Source: the human T2T-CHM13v2.0 reference genome, Homo sapiens
Length of the DNA: 64,000 nt
Reading direction: 5' to 3' (one strand)
NCBI RefSeq assembly: GCF_009914755.1
Contig: NC_060931.1
Position 1 is the stretch's first letter. Every line of letters starts with the position of its first letter. The translations under genes were made by a program, and so were the position numbers. Positions 14,786 through 37,599 of the stretch are shown in pieces. Below the pieces are notes generated by a model that saw nothing but the letters and a program-made list of their open reading frames with translations, made no database searches and was not told where the DNA came from.

Positions 14786-16181
14786 TGTAAATGAAAAATT
14801 GCACCAGATAAGTTAAATGGGAAATGAAGACTTTATTCAAGACTATTGCAATAAAGGAAAAAGATTGAACTCAACTCTGATAAAACAAAAGGTGAGAGAG
14901 TTTCAATCACTGAAGTGAGCTAATGGAAGAACAGTGGAAAACTGACATCAGGGGAAAGGTTGATCCAGGTGATTAGTACATCATTTTTTGCAATTGGTGC
15001 TTATTGAAGTTAGACTCCTCCCCTCCCACAGAGACTAAGAAATACAGATGCTTGCTTGCTTTCTTCTTCTAAAGTTTTATTTTGGTTTCAACTGACATGT
15101 AATAATTGCGTGTGTGTGTTTGTATATACATATATATGTGTATGTGTATGTGTATACATATATGCCTATAGTCATATACATACTTATGGTACATTTAAGA
15201 AACTGTAATGTTTCAATACATGTATACATTGTGTAATCATCAAATCAAGGTAATTAGCATATCCATCACCTCTAACTCTTGTCATATCTTTGTGGTGAGA
15301 AAATTCAAAATCCTTTTTTCTAGCTATTTTGAAGTATATAATACATTATTCTTTACTGTAGTCCCTTACTTTGCAATAGGACACCAGAAATTATTCCTCC
15401 TATCTAACTGGAATTTTGTACCCATTGACCAACCTCTCCCCATCTCCCCCACCTCTGGTGACCACTATTCTACTCTCTACTTCTGTGTGATCAACTTCTT
15501 TATATTCCACATATAAGTGAGATAATGTGGTATTTGTCCTTTTGTACTTGCTTTATTTCACATAATATAAAAAGACAACAAATGCTGGTGAGGATATGGG
15601 GAAAGAGAACTTTTATATACACTGTTAATGGGAATGTAAATTAGTATAGCCGTTATGAACAACAGTGTGTAAGTTCCTCAAAATACTAAAAATAGAACTA
15701 CCATATGATACAATAATCCAACTACTGGGTTTACATCGAAAGGAAATAAAATCAGTACGTCAAAGAGATGTCTGTGCTCCCATGTTTACTGCAGCGCTAT
15801 TCAAAATAGCCAAGATAGGGAATCAACCTAAATGTCAATCAATGAATGAATGGATTATTAAAAAATGTGGTATGTATGTAAACAATGTAATACTACTCAG
15901 CCATAATAATAAACAAAATTCTGACATTTGGAATAACATGGATAAACCTAGAAGTGCCATTTTTCTTAGTGATTACATGTCAAAGGGATTGCTTCTAGCA
16001 GCTTGGGAGGAATATTTCTGGGATGTGGAAGATTTGGATCTCAAGAGGGCAGAAACAGTTTTCTCTTGCAAGTTATCTAAAATTAGTGCTCTTTAAAAAG
16101 AAACGCTATGAGCCTATAGTCAGGAAGAAACGTGTCCAAAATTTAGTCAACTTGAGGGGAATTTTAAGGCCATCCTGGTCA
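14786..16181 (-). mobile_element. ERV1 solo LTR (MER67/MER31-like), split by an L1
   Basis: TG...CA termini, 4-bp TSD catc/tatc, ttattgaagttagactcct...cccacagagact motif. Confidence 0.7.
15065..15950 (-). mobile_element. L1MA-type 3' fragment with 5' inversion (15568-15950 reads on +)
   Basis: Minus-strand 3'UTR to ...ttcacataatat, then plus-strand ORF2 end to atggataaacctag. Confidence 0.85.
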
Positions 16182-17099
16182 TATCTCAAACTTCAAATGA
16201 CCAAAAATGAATTATTGATTTTCTTCTACCCTCAAACTTGTCCATTCCCCAGTATTTGTCAACTCAGTTGCAATTGTATTCTTCCAGTTATTTGGGTCAA
16301 AAACCTTAGGGTCAACATTGATGCTTTCTACTTTCCCTCTGTCTCCCCCCAACACCACCCCCCTCCCCGACATCCAATTCCTCTGTAATCTTTATCTAGC
16401 TTCCAGCCTTCATCAGGCTTTTCACTCACCCTAGCCCAGGGCAGCAAAATTGTCCAATGGATTATTAAGTTACTTTCCTAACTATTCTTTCTAGTTTCAC
16501 TCTTTCTCGTCCTGCAGTCTACTATTTAGACTGCCAAGTTTCTATTCCACTCAAATCCAAAGCTGTTATCTTGGCTTAAAAAGCTCAATATCTTCTTCCT
16601 CCTGTTTTCTCCTTACTTTAATCTCGAACTTTGCCCCCACACTCTAGACTCTGTGCATATTTGCCTTTCTGAGTCACATGTGCCTCCTTATTGTCCCTCA
16701 TACATTCCAATCATGTCTTTGCCTCCAGGATTTATGACTTGCTTTCTTCATTGTTTGAAACACTCCTCATACAGATATCAACATGTCTTTCTTTCTTCTT
16801 TCTTCTGTCAGGTCTCGGCTCCAATGTCAAATGTTATCACCTATTTTAGTCTTTCCCTAAGCTCATGTAATATTACAATATTACAACCCTGTTTTTTTCT
16901 CCTTAGTTCTTATCACCACTTGATGTATTATTGTGTTTGCTTAACTATTTATTTTGTCTCTCCAATTAGAATGTATGTTCTTTGAGAGCCAGGACTTCTT
17001 ATATGTTGTTTACTAGAGAAAGTCTGCCAGGAACAGAGTAAGCAATAAGTATTTGTAAAATAAATGAATAAATTTTCTGCCTTAGATTGATGGTTACAA

Positions 17100-18205
17100 A
17101 TGGCTACTGACTCCCATTAAAGCACTTCACAATCTTCAGTGAATCAGTGCTATACCCTTTTTTATTCTTTCAGCCCCAGTCTCTGTTACCTTCAGTGATT
17201 TAATCATCAACATATTTGATTATCTTGGCTGCACAGATAATCATCCTCAGTGTCTGAACTATTGAATGAAAAAGCTATACTTGAAACTAACCTCTTAGCT
17301 CTGCAATGCATTTCTCTGCATATAAACACCTGGATTCTCATTTCTCCCCATCCTTTTGACCAACTACAGCTATCTCTGTCTTGATTATGATCTCTAAGTT
17401 ACTTGACCTCACCCTGGTCTTGCTTCCTCTTCTCTCTCATTCAACCCCTTCTCTCCCAGGATGAGTTCTATAGTCAGTCAATTTGGTAATGTGCTCATTA
17501 CTGCTCCTAATTCATTCATATTTTAGCAAACACTTAGCATGGTGAGGCTTCTGATCCTCAGCACTGGTAAAAATCTAACATTTATTGTATCTGTTCTAAT
17601 TCCTTGGTTTCATGTGGTATCTTTCATCCTACTCAGTAATCTTTTTGTTCACACACAGATTTTTTTTTTTTTTTGGTCCATGTTTCTATGGTCTGTAGAT
17701 TCCATTGTATATGGCTTAAAATCATGCCTATGTCCCTCTAAACATAAATCTAATTTCCTTTTTCTATTACAATCAGTAGACAGCTTTATATTTTATTTTA
17801 TTTTAGTCATTTGATATGAGATTCTCAAAATTGCTCCTTAGCACTAAAATATATCCCTTTTTAAAATACAGTTCATCTCTTTCCTTAACTCCAATATTCA
17901 ACAAAATATATTATTTTTTTGTTACCCTAAACCTCCAAATTCTATACTTGCTAACATTCTATCCCATCTTATTTGGGATCTTCTTCCCATATACACATAG
18001 GTTATTTTTCTCCAAAAGATTTAATCAATCCTGTCTCTCTGTTTATAATTATTTATTATTTTAATCATTTTATGGTAGTCATTTTTGTTATTTGTCTACT
18101 TTGATTAGTTGGGAATTTTTAAGAAAAAAGATAAGGTCTAACTATTTCTAATATTTTCCACATTACAAAGCTATCACTCTATAAATACTGAATGAATAAA
18201 TGAAT
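17100..18205 (+). mobile_element. Degraded L2
   Basis: Pyrimidine-rich body; terminal ataaatactgaatgaataaatgaatg. Confidence 0.55.
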
Positions 18206-19515
18206 GTTATTAAGGCTTTGAAAAGAGCATGGGAAGATATAGAATATTGTATAGATTATTAGATGCCTTTCTCTATTCACCCCAGAATTGCCATAAACTA
18301 ATAGCTAATTATTCCAAATTTGTGATAGTGGTAGTGTTGGTGGCAGCAAGGCATTATTTACTTAAAATATTTGATATTTTATGGCAACATTCTTAAAGCT
18401 TTCCAAAATCTAAAGCTGAGTCCTGACTAGTCTTAGAGCTTCTTTGGCCTCATTTCAGAGTCTAGTTGAATGATTAATGAAATCCTTACTCTCCATTTCC
18501 CTTTTGAATGTTCTGTTGAATCTCCACTGAATCCAACCTCATTCATCAGGCATGTTGTCTGGAAGAGTCTCAGAGAATCCCTTCTGGGAGTTTTAGAGTC
18601 TTCCATTTGACCTTGGAGAGAGATTGATCTTGAAATTGTACTAAGCAACCAAATTTTCCATTTGTTATACTTTCTCCGTGACCACAAAAAGCAAAGGAGT
18701 CTATAAATACATTATATTAAGAAAAAATAATATTTGTATTGATTCGCTGGAGTTGCATTTTTAAATTAAAACAAAGGCCTAAATTTTATAATTCTTTCTA
18801 GTGTATTTAATTTTGAGAGCTATTAGACGGCTCTCTGTTATTGTCAAAACATATTATGGCCCTTTTCTAGTTTTTCTATTCTCATGAGTTTCAGTTCTTG
18901 TAGCAAAGATGACAAAAACATTTCATTATTTTTATTTTAGAAAACTTTTTCAAATAGTTTTTACTCAGATTCTTGTTGAGCTGTCTACACAACTTCCTCC
19001 GCAAGAAGAAATTTTAAAATCCTCCTTTGAACTATTCTTTAATATAACTGAAGGAGTACATTAAAATTTTTACAAACAAAAGAAACCTATATCCATGACT
19101 CTTGTCAGAAATAGGTAGTGTTTAAGTGGAAAGAGAAGTATAATGGAGTTTGAGGAGCTCTGCTTAATTTCTTATTTTGTCACCAAGACTCCACGGAATT
19201 TTTTAAAAAATAATAATGGTCCTGTTACAGTCATTCTCCTTCACCTGCTCACTATTTCCACTTAAATGGATTTATGTTGAACCTCCCATACCACACCAGA
19301 GTGGTATACTTTTTACAACTGATGAAACTACATTGACATATCATTATCCATTAACATCCATAGTTTATTTCAGGGTTCACTTTGGGTGGTATGCATTCTA
19401 TGGATTTTGACAAATGAATAATGACATGTAGCCACTATTGTAGCATCATACAAAATAGTTTCACTTCCCTAAAAATTTTCTGTGCTTCAACTCTTCTTCC
19501 CTCCTGCCTCCTTAA

Positions 19516-19994
<479 letters not shown>

Positions 19995-22086
19995 TGATAG
20001 CTCATTTCATTTTAGTGAATAACATTCCATTGTCTGTATGTATTACATTTATTTATCCATTTACCTACCGCAGGACATCTTTGTTGCTTCCAAATTTGGG
20101 TAATTATGAAGAAAGCTGCTATAAACATCCATGTGCAGGACTTTGTGAACATATGTTTCCAACTCCTTTGGATGAATACCAAGAAGCATGACTGCTGGGT
20201 TGTATGCTAAGAGTATGTTTAGTTTTGTAAGAAACCACCAAACTGTCTTCAAATTGGCTCTACCATATCACCAGCAATGACTGAGACAGAAATGGATGTA
20301 CCATATCATCAGGAATGACTGAGAGTTTCCACTGCTTCACATCTTCACCAGCATTTTGTGTTAGTGTTCTGGATTTTGGCCATTCTAGTAGATGTGTAGT
20401 GGTTTCTCATTGTTGTTTCAGTTTGCATTTCTCTTATGACATATAACGTGGAACATATTTTCATATGTTTATTTGCCATCCATATATCTTCTTTGGTGAG
20501 GTGTCAAGATCTTGGCTCTTTTTAAATTGTGTTTTTAATTTTCTTGTTGTGGAGTTTAAGAGTTTTCTGTATATTTTTTATAATAGTTTTGCATTTACAG
20601 TATTTACATATGTAATCCATCCTAATTTTTGTGAAAGGTGTAAAGTCTATGTCTAGATTCTTTTCTTTTTTTTTTTTTTTTTTTTGCATGTGAATGTCTA
20701 ATTGTCCTAGCACTGTTTGTGGAAAAGACTGTTTTTGCTCCATTGTATCATCTTTGCTCCTTTTTTGCAGATCAGTTGACTATATTTATGTGGGTCTATT
20801 TTAGGGCTTTCTATTTTGTTCCATTGATCTATTTGTCTATTCTTTCACCAGCACCGTACATTTTGATGACTGTAGCTTTATAGTAAGTCTTGAAATCAAT
20901 AGTGTTAGTCCTCTAACTTTGTTCTTCTCCTTCAATATTGAATTGGCTATTCTAGTTCTCTTGTCTGTCCATATAAATTTTTGAATCAGTTTGTTCACAT
21001 AATAACTTACTGAGATTTTGATTGGGATTGTGTTGTATTATATATCAAGTTAGGAAGAACTGACATCTTGATAATACTGAACCTTCCTATCCACAAACAT
21101 GAAATATCTCTCCATTTATTTAGTTCTTTGATATTTGAGTTTTGCAGTTTTGCTTATATAAATCTTGTACATATTTTGTTAGATTTATACTAAGTATTTC
21201 ACTGTTGGAGGGAGTACTAATGTAAATGGCATAATGTTTTTAATTTCAAATTCCACTTACTCATTGCTGGTATATAGACAAATGATTGACTTTTTTATAT
21301 TAACCTTGTATCATGCAACCTTGCTGTAATCACTTATTAATTTCAGAAAAATATTGTTAATTCTTTTGGTTTTTCCACATAGATAAGTATGTCATCTGAA
21401 AATAAAGACAGTTTTATTTCTTCCTTCCCAATATGCCTGTCTTTATTTCTTTTTATAAAAAACAAAAGTATTGCATTAGCTCAGACTACCAATATGATCT
21501 TGAAAAAGAAAGGTAAGAGGAACTCCCTTTCGTTTTTCCTTATTTTTGCAGGAAATTGTCTAGATTTTCACCATTAAGTATGATGTCAGCATAAGATATT
21601 TTTGTGTGTATATTATTTATCCAGTTAATAAAGTTTTCCTCTATTCCTAGTTTGCTGAGTTATTTGTCTCTCAGCAAAAACTCTCAGATTTGAATGAGTG
21701 TTAGATTTTCATCAAGTATTTTTTATGCATTTATGGATATGATCCTGTGATTTTTAGACTGTTAATATGATTACTTACCTTAATTAATTTTTCAATGTTA
21801 AATGAGCCTTGCATATTTGAGATAAATTTCCTGGTTATGCCATATAATTATTTTTATGCATAGTTAGATTTAATTTTGTTTTGTTATTATTTTGTTGAGG
21901 ACTTTACATCTATATTTATGAGAACTATTGGTCTGTAGTTTTCTTGTAATGTCTTTGTCTGGTTTTGGTATTAGCATAATGTTGACCTCACAAAGTAAGT
22001 TAAGAAGTATTCCTTCTCCTTCTATCTTTAAGAAGAGATTGTAGAGAACGGATACAATTTCCTCCTTAGATGTATGGTAGAATTCA

Positions 22087-24437
<2,351 letters not shown>

Positions 24438-24509
24438 GAATTCACTGGTGAATCCATCCGGGCTTGGTGCTTTCTGTTTTGGAAGGTTATTAATTATTGG
24501 TCTGAATTT

Positions 24510-31204
<6,695 letters not shown>

Positions 31205-31777
31205 GATTTGATTTTTAATAGATTTATGTCTATCCCTTACATTTCTTTTGTAAGAATGTTTTCCTTTGTAACAAGAAATAACTATGTATTTGTTGAGAAA
31301 TTGTGTCTTTTAAGGAATTGGCCTATTTTATCTAAGTTTTCCCAGTACTTTTAGTTCTGATATTAGTAATTAGTATCATCTCTATTCTTAGCTTTTCAAT
31401 TTTTTCATCTTTTCAAAAAACCATCTTTTGGTTTTCTCTATTGATTTCTTGTTTTTAATTTCATTGATTTCTGCTCTAATTTTTATTATTTCTTTTCTTC
31501 TGCTTACTTTTGATTTTATTTACTCTTTCAAGTTTCCTAAGGTGGAAAACTAGAAATATCTTTCTCAATCCATTTACTTTTGCTATATGGAAGTAATTTC
31601 TCTAATGTTTGCAATATACCCTTACAGCTAATGCAAACCCACTTTCAAAGAGCATGCTATTGCTTCACAGGTAGTGTGAATACCTTATATTTTAAAAAAA
31701 TAATTAAAATGCCTTCCTCCCATTTCTTGTATCATAGCTGTCATTTACATCTAAGCATATATACTGTTCTTAGATAC

Positions 31778-32161
31778 TGATATGGTTTGAATTTGTGTCC
31801 CCACACAAATCTCATGAGGAATTGTAATCCCCAATGTTGAAGGAAGGACCTGGTGGGTGGTGATTGGCTCAGAGGGGCCGATTTCTCCTTGCTTTTCTCA
31901 TGATAGTGAGTGAGTTCTCATGAGATCTGGTTGTTTAAAAGTGTATAGCACCTCCCCCTTCTCCCTCTTCCTCCTGCTCTTGCCAGGTAAGACGTTCCAG
32001 CTTCCCCTTCACCATCCATCATGCTTGTAAGTTTCCCGAGGCCTCCTCAGAAGAAGAAGCCTGTACAGCCTGTAGAACCATAAGCCAATTAAACCTCTTT
32101 CCTTTATAAATTACCCAGTTTCAGGTATTTATTTGTAACAGTACAAGAACGAACTAATGCA
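31778..32161 (+). mobile_element. MSTA-like solo LTR
   Basis: tgatatggtttg start, CA end, TSD gatac/gacac. Confidence 0.92.
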
Positions 32162-32162
<1 letters not shown>

Positions 32163-32199
<37 letters not shown>

Positions 32200-32202
32200 C
32201 AC
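32163..32202. repeat. (CA)n microsatellite
   Basis: Directly visible. Confidence 0.97.
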
Positions 32203-32489
32203 AAAGATATATGTGTAAGCATACATAATGAAATACATTGTTGCTATTACTTTATGAACAAAATGTTATCTATTAGACCAACTAAGAATAAGAAAAATAA
32301 AAGCTTTTGTTTACCTTCATTTATTCCTTCTCTAATGCTCTTCCTTTTTTATGTAGATATGTGTTTCTGACCTATATCATTTTTCTTCTTTTCAAATAAC
32401 TTCTTTTAACAATTCTTGCAAGACAAGTCTACTGGCAACAAATTTATTCAATATTTATTTGTCTGAGAAAGGTTTTATTTCTCCTTCAC

Positions 32490-34860
32490 TTTTTAAAATT
32501 GTGAAATAACACTTAACATGAGATCTGTTAACAATTTTTAAGTGTACACTACATAATTTTTGACTGTAGGTACAATATTGTAGAATAGATCTCTAGGCTT
32601 GTTTATGTTGCTTGAGTGAAAGCTTATATCTGTTGATTTCCAACTCCATTTCTCCATCCTCCAGCCCCTGGTTACCACCATTCCACACTTTGATTCAATG
32701 AATGTAACTATGTTAGTTACGTGACATAAATCATGCATTGTCTTTTTGTTACTGGCTTATTTTATTTAATATAATGTCTTTAGGTTGCATCCATGTTGTT
32801 GCATATTGCAGAATTTCTTTATTTTAAAAGGCTGAGTAGTATTCCATTGTATGTATATATCACATTTTCTGTATCCATTCATCTGCTGATGGCATTTAGA
32901 CTATTTTTATTTCTTAGCTGTAATGAATAGTGCAACAATGAACACAGAAGTGTTAATATATCCACAAGATCATGATTTCAGATCCGGAATGGGATTTCTG
33001 GATCACATGGCAGTGCTATTTTTAAATTTTTGAGGAACCTTCTTACTATTTATAGCAGCTGCGCCATTTTGCATTCCCCTCAGCAGTACCATGCAAGGGT
33101 ACCAATTTCTTTCCCTAGTATTGTTTCTTCTTCTTCTTTTTTTAAGTAATAGTCATCCTGGTAGGTTTGATATAACACCTTATCATGGTTTTGATTTGCA
33201 TTTACATTAAGATCAGAAACATTGAGTACTTTTTCATCTACCTCTTGGGCATTTACGTGTCTTTTTGGAGAAACGTCTATTTGAGTCCTTAGCCCACTCT
33301 CACTTCTATGAATTTTAATGTTTGGGATCTTACATTTAGGTCTTTAATCTGTTTAGAATAAAGTTTTGTGTACGGTGTGATATAAGGGTCCAATTTCATT
33401 CTTTTGCATGTGGATTCCAGTTTTCTCAGTACCATTTATTGAAGAGACATTCTGTTTTTCATTGTGTATTTTGGCACCTTTCTGGAAAGTCAGTTGACTG
33501 TAAATATGTAGATTTGTTTCTAGGCTCTGTGTGCTTTTCCATTGGTTTTTATGTCCATCTTTATGTCAGTGCATTCTGTTTAGATTACTGTAATTTGTAA
33601 TGTATTTTAAAATCAGAAAATATGGTGTCTATGGTTTTATTCTGTTTGCTCAAGATTTATTTAGCTATTCAGAGACTTTTGTGGTTGCATGTGAATTTTA
33701 GAATTGTTTCTATATCTGTAAAAAAATACCATTGGGATTTGGTAGAGATTACTTTGGGTAGTGTGGACATTTTAACAATATCATGTTGTTCAATCCATGA
33801 AGATGGAAAGTCTTCATATTTGTTTTCTTCTGGTTTAATTTCTTTTATCAATGTTTTGTAGGTTTCAGTATATAAGTCTTTGACCTCCTTACTGAAGTTT
33901 ATTCCTAGTTTATTCTTTTTGTGCTGTTTTAAATGGGATTTTCATAGTTCCCTCTTCAGATAGTTCATTGTTAGTATATAGAAGTGCAACTGATTTTTGT
34001 AAGTTGATTTTGTATCCTACAACTCTACTGAATTCATTCAATTTTTCTAACAGTTTCTAAAAGTTAACAGATTATACCATCTACACCAGGGAACATTTTA
34101 CTTTTTCTTTCTTATTTGAATGACTTTTACTTCTTTTTCTTGCCTACTTGCTCTGGCTAGGACTTCCAGTAGTATGTTTAATAGAAACGGTAAAAGTGGG
34201 CATCCTTGTCTTGTTCTTGATATTGGAGGAAAAACTTTAAATTTTTCACTGTATGATGATGTCAAGTATGATGTTAGCTGTGGGCTTATCATATTTGACC
34301 TTTATTATGTTGAGGTAATTTCTTACTTTTCGTAATGTGTTGAGAATTTCTATCATGAAAGCATAATTAATTTTGATAAGTGCCTTTTCTGCATTTATGA
34401 TCCTGTAATTTTTATTTTTTATTATGTAATGTGCTATATTGATATTGTATAATAACATACATTAATTTTAAAAAGTTGAACCATCCTTATGTATCAGGTA
34501 TAAATCCCAATAATCATAGTGTATGATTCTCTTAATGTTAGTATGATTCTCTTAATGTTATGTTGGACTCAGTTTGCTAGTATTTTATTGAGGAATTTTG
34601 TATTCAAATTTACCAAGGATCTTGGCTTTGTTTTCTTTTTTGTGATGCCTTTGTTTTCTTTTTTGTGATGCCTTTGTCTGGCATTGGTATAAAGGTAATG
34701 CTGGCCTGATAAAATGCATTTGAGTGTTCCTTGAGGTATGAAGTTAAATTGTTAATTAATATCCTTCCTCTTTATAATATAGTCATTCATTACTGTCAAC
34801 TGCCCTCTTGGTACTGCTTTTGCTTCATTTCATTACTTTTGGTACGTTGTGCTTTTGTTT
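32490..34860 (-). mobile_element. L1MA9/MB-like fragment
   Basis: aacacttaacatgagatct 3' end; ORF2 remnant [23 protein letters not shown]. Confidence 0.8.
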
Positions 34861-37064
34861 TTGTGGGGGAAGATAAAGCATTCTTATAGTTTATAAATCT
34901 GTGTGAGGGTTTGGGTACACCTGTGCTCTGGGACTGTGAACTTCGCCAGTGATTCTCAGTATTTTTTTTCCCTTAAGTGAGACAGAATGGCTAGAGGGTA
35001 CTGGAGTTGGGTATTTCCCTTCCCCAGGTAAGTTAGACTCTGAAAAACAAACAAAACAACAAAACAAAACAAAACAAGGAAACAGCAGGTTAGGCTCTGG
35101 TAAAATAGTTTCTCTTGAATGCAGGCCTTTTTAAAGGACAGAATGCTATTGTGAATTCGAAATGTTTATTTTTTCCCTCCTTCATTGGAAGCCCTAGGAG
35201 ATTTTTCTCAGATATTCACTATGAGAACCTGGTAAGGTTCCCGGAGGTAAGACTCAAAAAATTGTGGGGATCTGCCTGTGGCTTAACCTCCCTGAAAATT
35301 TTAACTCTCAGACTGATTCATACTGAGCCTCCAGCAATTAATCAATTACAGTTCATTTCTAAGTACTAATTTCCATGGAGGTTTCTTATCATGTGTTTCT
35401 GAGCTTGCGATGCTCTGTATTTGCCTGTCTCTCCAATTTTGGGTGTTAATAGATTACCCTATGACTGACTTCACTTCTCTGATGATCTAAGGGGAGTTTG
35501 TTTATTTTGTTCAGGTTTTTTTCTTGTTGGGATAAATTTGTAACTTCCAACCTGTTTACATGCTAGACTAGAAACCAGAAGCCCAAAATATATTTTTTTC
35601 ACTTAACCAATTATGAACATATTTCTCTCAATGAATATTTGCTTATTATCATCTCTAAAGGCTAGAAAGCCTTTCATCATTATTTACTTAACTTTTCCTC
35701 AAAATATTCTGGTTGTAATAAGCCACGCTATGGGAATAGTCTAATGTCTAAATCCTTAGACATTTGTTCATTTGTCCTTTATAGGATACATATTTTAAGT
35801 GGAAAGGGATGCACATTAATATTTTCTCATTTTATAAGGCCCCAGCAGTGCATGAATGTCCTCATTGTCCCACCCTTCCAACATAAATGATGATTTTAAT
35901 TTTTAAAACTTAAATAGAAGAAAAATGCAGTTTATTTATTACTAGGTCCATATCTTCTGACTCCAGAGATTCTTCGTGTAACTTGTATTTTGATAGTATA
36001 TAATAATATTCTTGGTAATTTATTATAAATTAATTTTTTAGGATCAAAACAAATTGAGGTCAAACTTGTTTCATGACTTGAGTGAAACACTTTTATTAGC
36101 CAAAGATAGCTTGTATTTTCTACCAACTAAAAAACCATTTTTTAAATTTATGATCCCTAAATACTTATTCTCTGAAGCTCACATCGACCCTATTGTCTTG
36201 AAATATTTTATTTTGAAAAGCAGGGATTTCTTCGTGACAGCCTTAACAGTATTGAAAAGAAAATTGCCCCACAGAGATAGTTTAGCCAGAGTCATAGTCT
36301 GAGTCCTGTTTGGGTCATACTGAAAGGATTAAATTTTTTCTATTTCTATTTTTACTTTAGCTTCAGTCCAAAAAAAAAAAAAAAAAGGCAGGAAAAACCA
36401 CTAATCTCATATTAGCTTTAGGGCCACACTTTAATACCACTTTATCTAAATTTAGCTGCATTCCTTCCTCGTTAAAATGTTTGTTTAGAGCAGCTAAAAA
36501 GTAGGCATAAAATGCTCATGGTTTTACTATGAAATATATACACAAAGATAACTAGTTCCTTTCTAATTTAGACTTTATAATGGGGACCAAATGACATTCA
36601 AAATGTATTTTAAGAGAAATTAACAAGTATGACGAAATACTAACTAACTCCTTAGCCCCTTGTGTTGTTAAACTTTTTATTCCTTAACAACTTTATGCAA
36701 AAGATAGTAAAGGAACCTTCTTTAGACTTGTGGTAATTAGATATCTTTGCTACTAAACAAAATAAGCCATTTCCTTCTGTCAGTATATTATTAATATTAT
36801 GATCAAAATGTCATGTAAGGTGAAATTATTTACATTCGAAATTTCCTTCTGTAGAAGTTTTTCTTTTAATTAAAAGTAAAATTTACCATTTTATTAATTC
36901 TTATGGCCCTGGAAAAAAATTATGTCACTTTTAAACATAATGCTTTTAAAAATATATTGAAAATCCCATTCCCAGAAAACTAGTCATTTGTTGAACACTA
37001 TTTCAGACTTTTTTCTGTGCATCCACATGAATGCAAATTCTAAACATGTTATGAAACAGAGGTA

Positions 37065-37595
37065 CATGGTGGTAGGAGAGAGTAAACTAAGGAGACACCA
37101 TACATTGGGTACCTCTAAAAATTCCCCGAGATAATAAATTAGATAAAGGAAGTTTATTTGAGAATTTATCCCTGGAGCATAAGTGAGGTAATAGGGAAAG
37201 TGATCTAGGGAAGAAAACAATTTACTAAAAAGTGAGCTATCTCCGTGGACAGCAGGAATTCCTTCCTGCTAGAGACCGTCTAAAGCATTAAAGAACTCTG
37301 TGTAACACATATCAGAATTGTCCCACCAATATATGAGGAATCGGGGATAGTTTTCCACTGATTCTTTTTTCTCACTGGTCAAGATTTGCCTCTGGGGCAT
37401 TGAATTCTAGGCACCCTCAGGTTGGCCAGCTCATAGGTTAAAAGCCCCAGTAGTTCCCAAGCAAGCCAGGCAAATAAGCAAAAAAATGACACAGGCACCT
37501 GAAATGGGAAGAGATCAGTGTGCACAGAAACTGTCCACTCAGCCGCAGATCAACTCAGAAGTGGATGGGGTTGTAATTTAACAATATGTGCTACA
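37065..37595 (-). mobile_element. LTR16-like ERVL LTR
   Basis: aagtttatttgagaatttatccctggagca...gggaaagtga...agggaag; terminal tgctaca. Confidence 0.55.
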
Positions 37596-37599
37596 GGAA

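Larger units (their letters stand above)
13050..17075 (+). mobile_element. Long L2 (APE + RT remnants to the 3' end), interrupted at 14786-16181
   Basis: ORF remnants FSDINIH/HGH (cf. GDFNIH...HGHTLD) and SHSLLDPLCSG (cf. SHSLLNPLQSGF); 3' end aataagtatttgtaaaataaatgaataaa. Confidence 0.8.
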
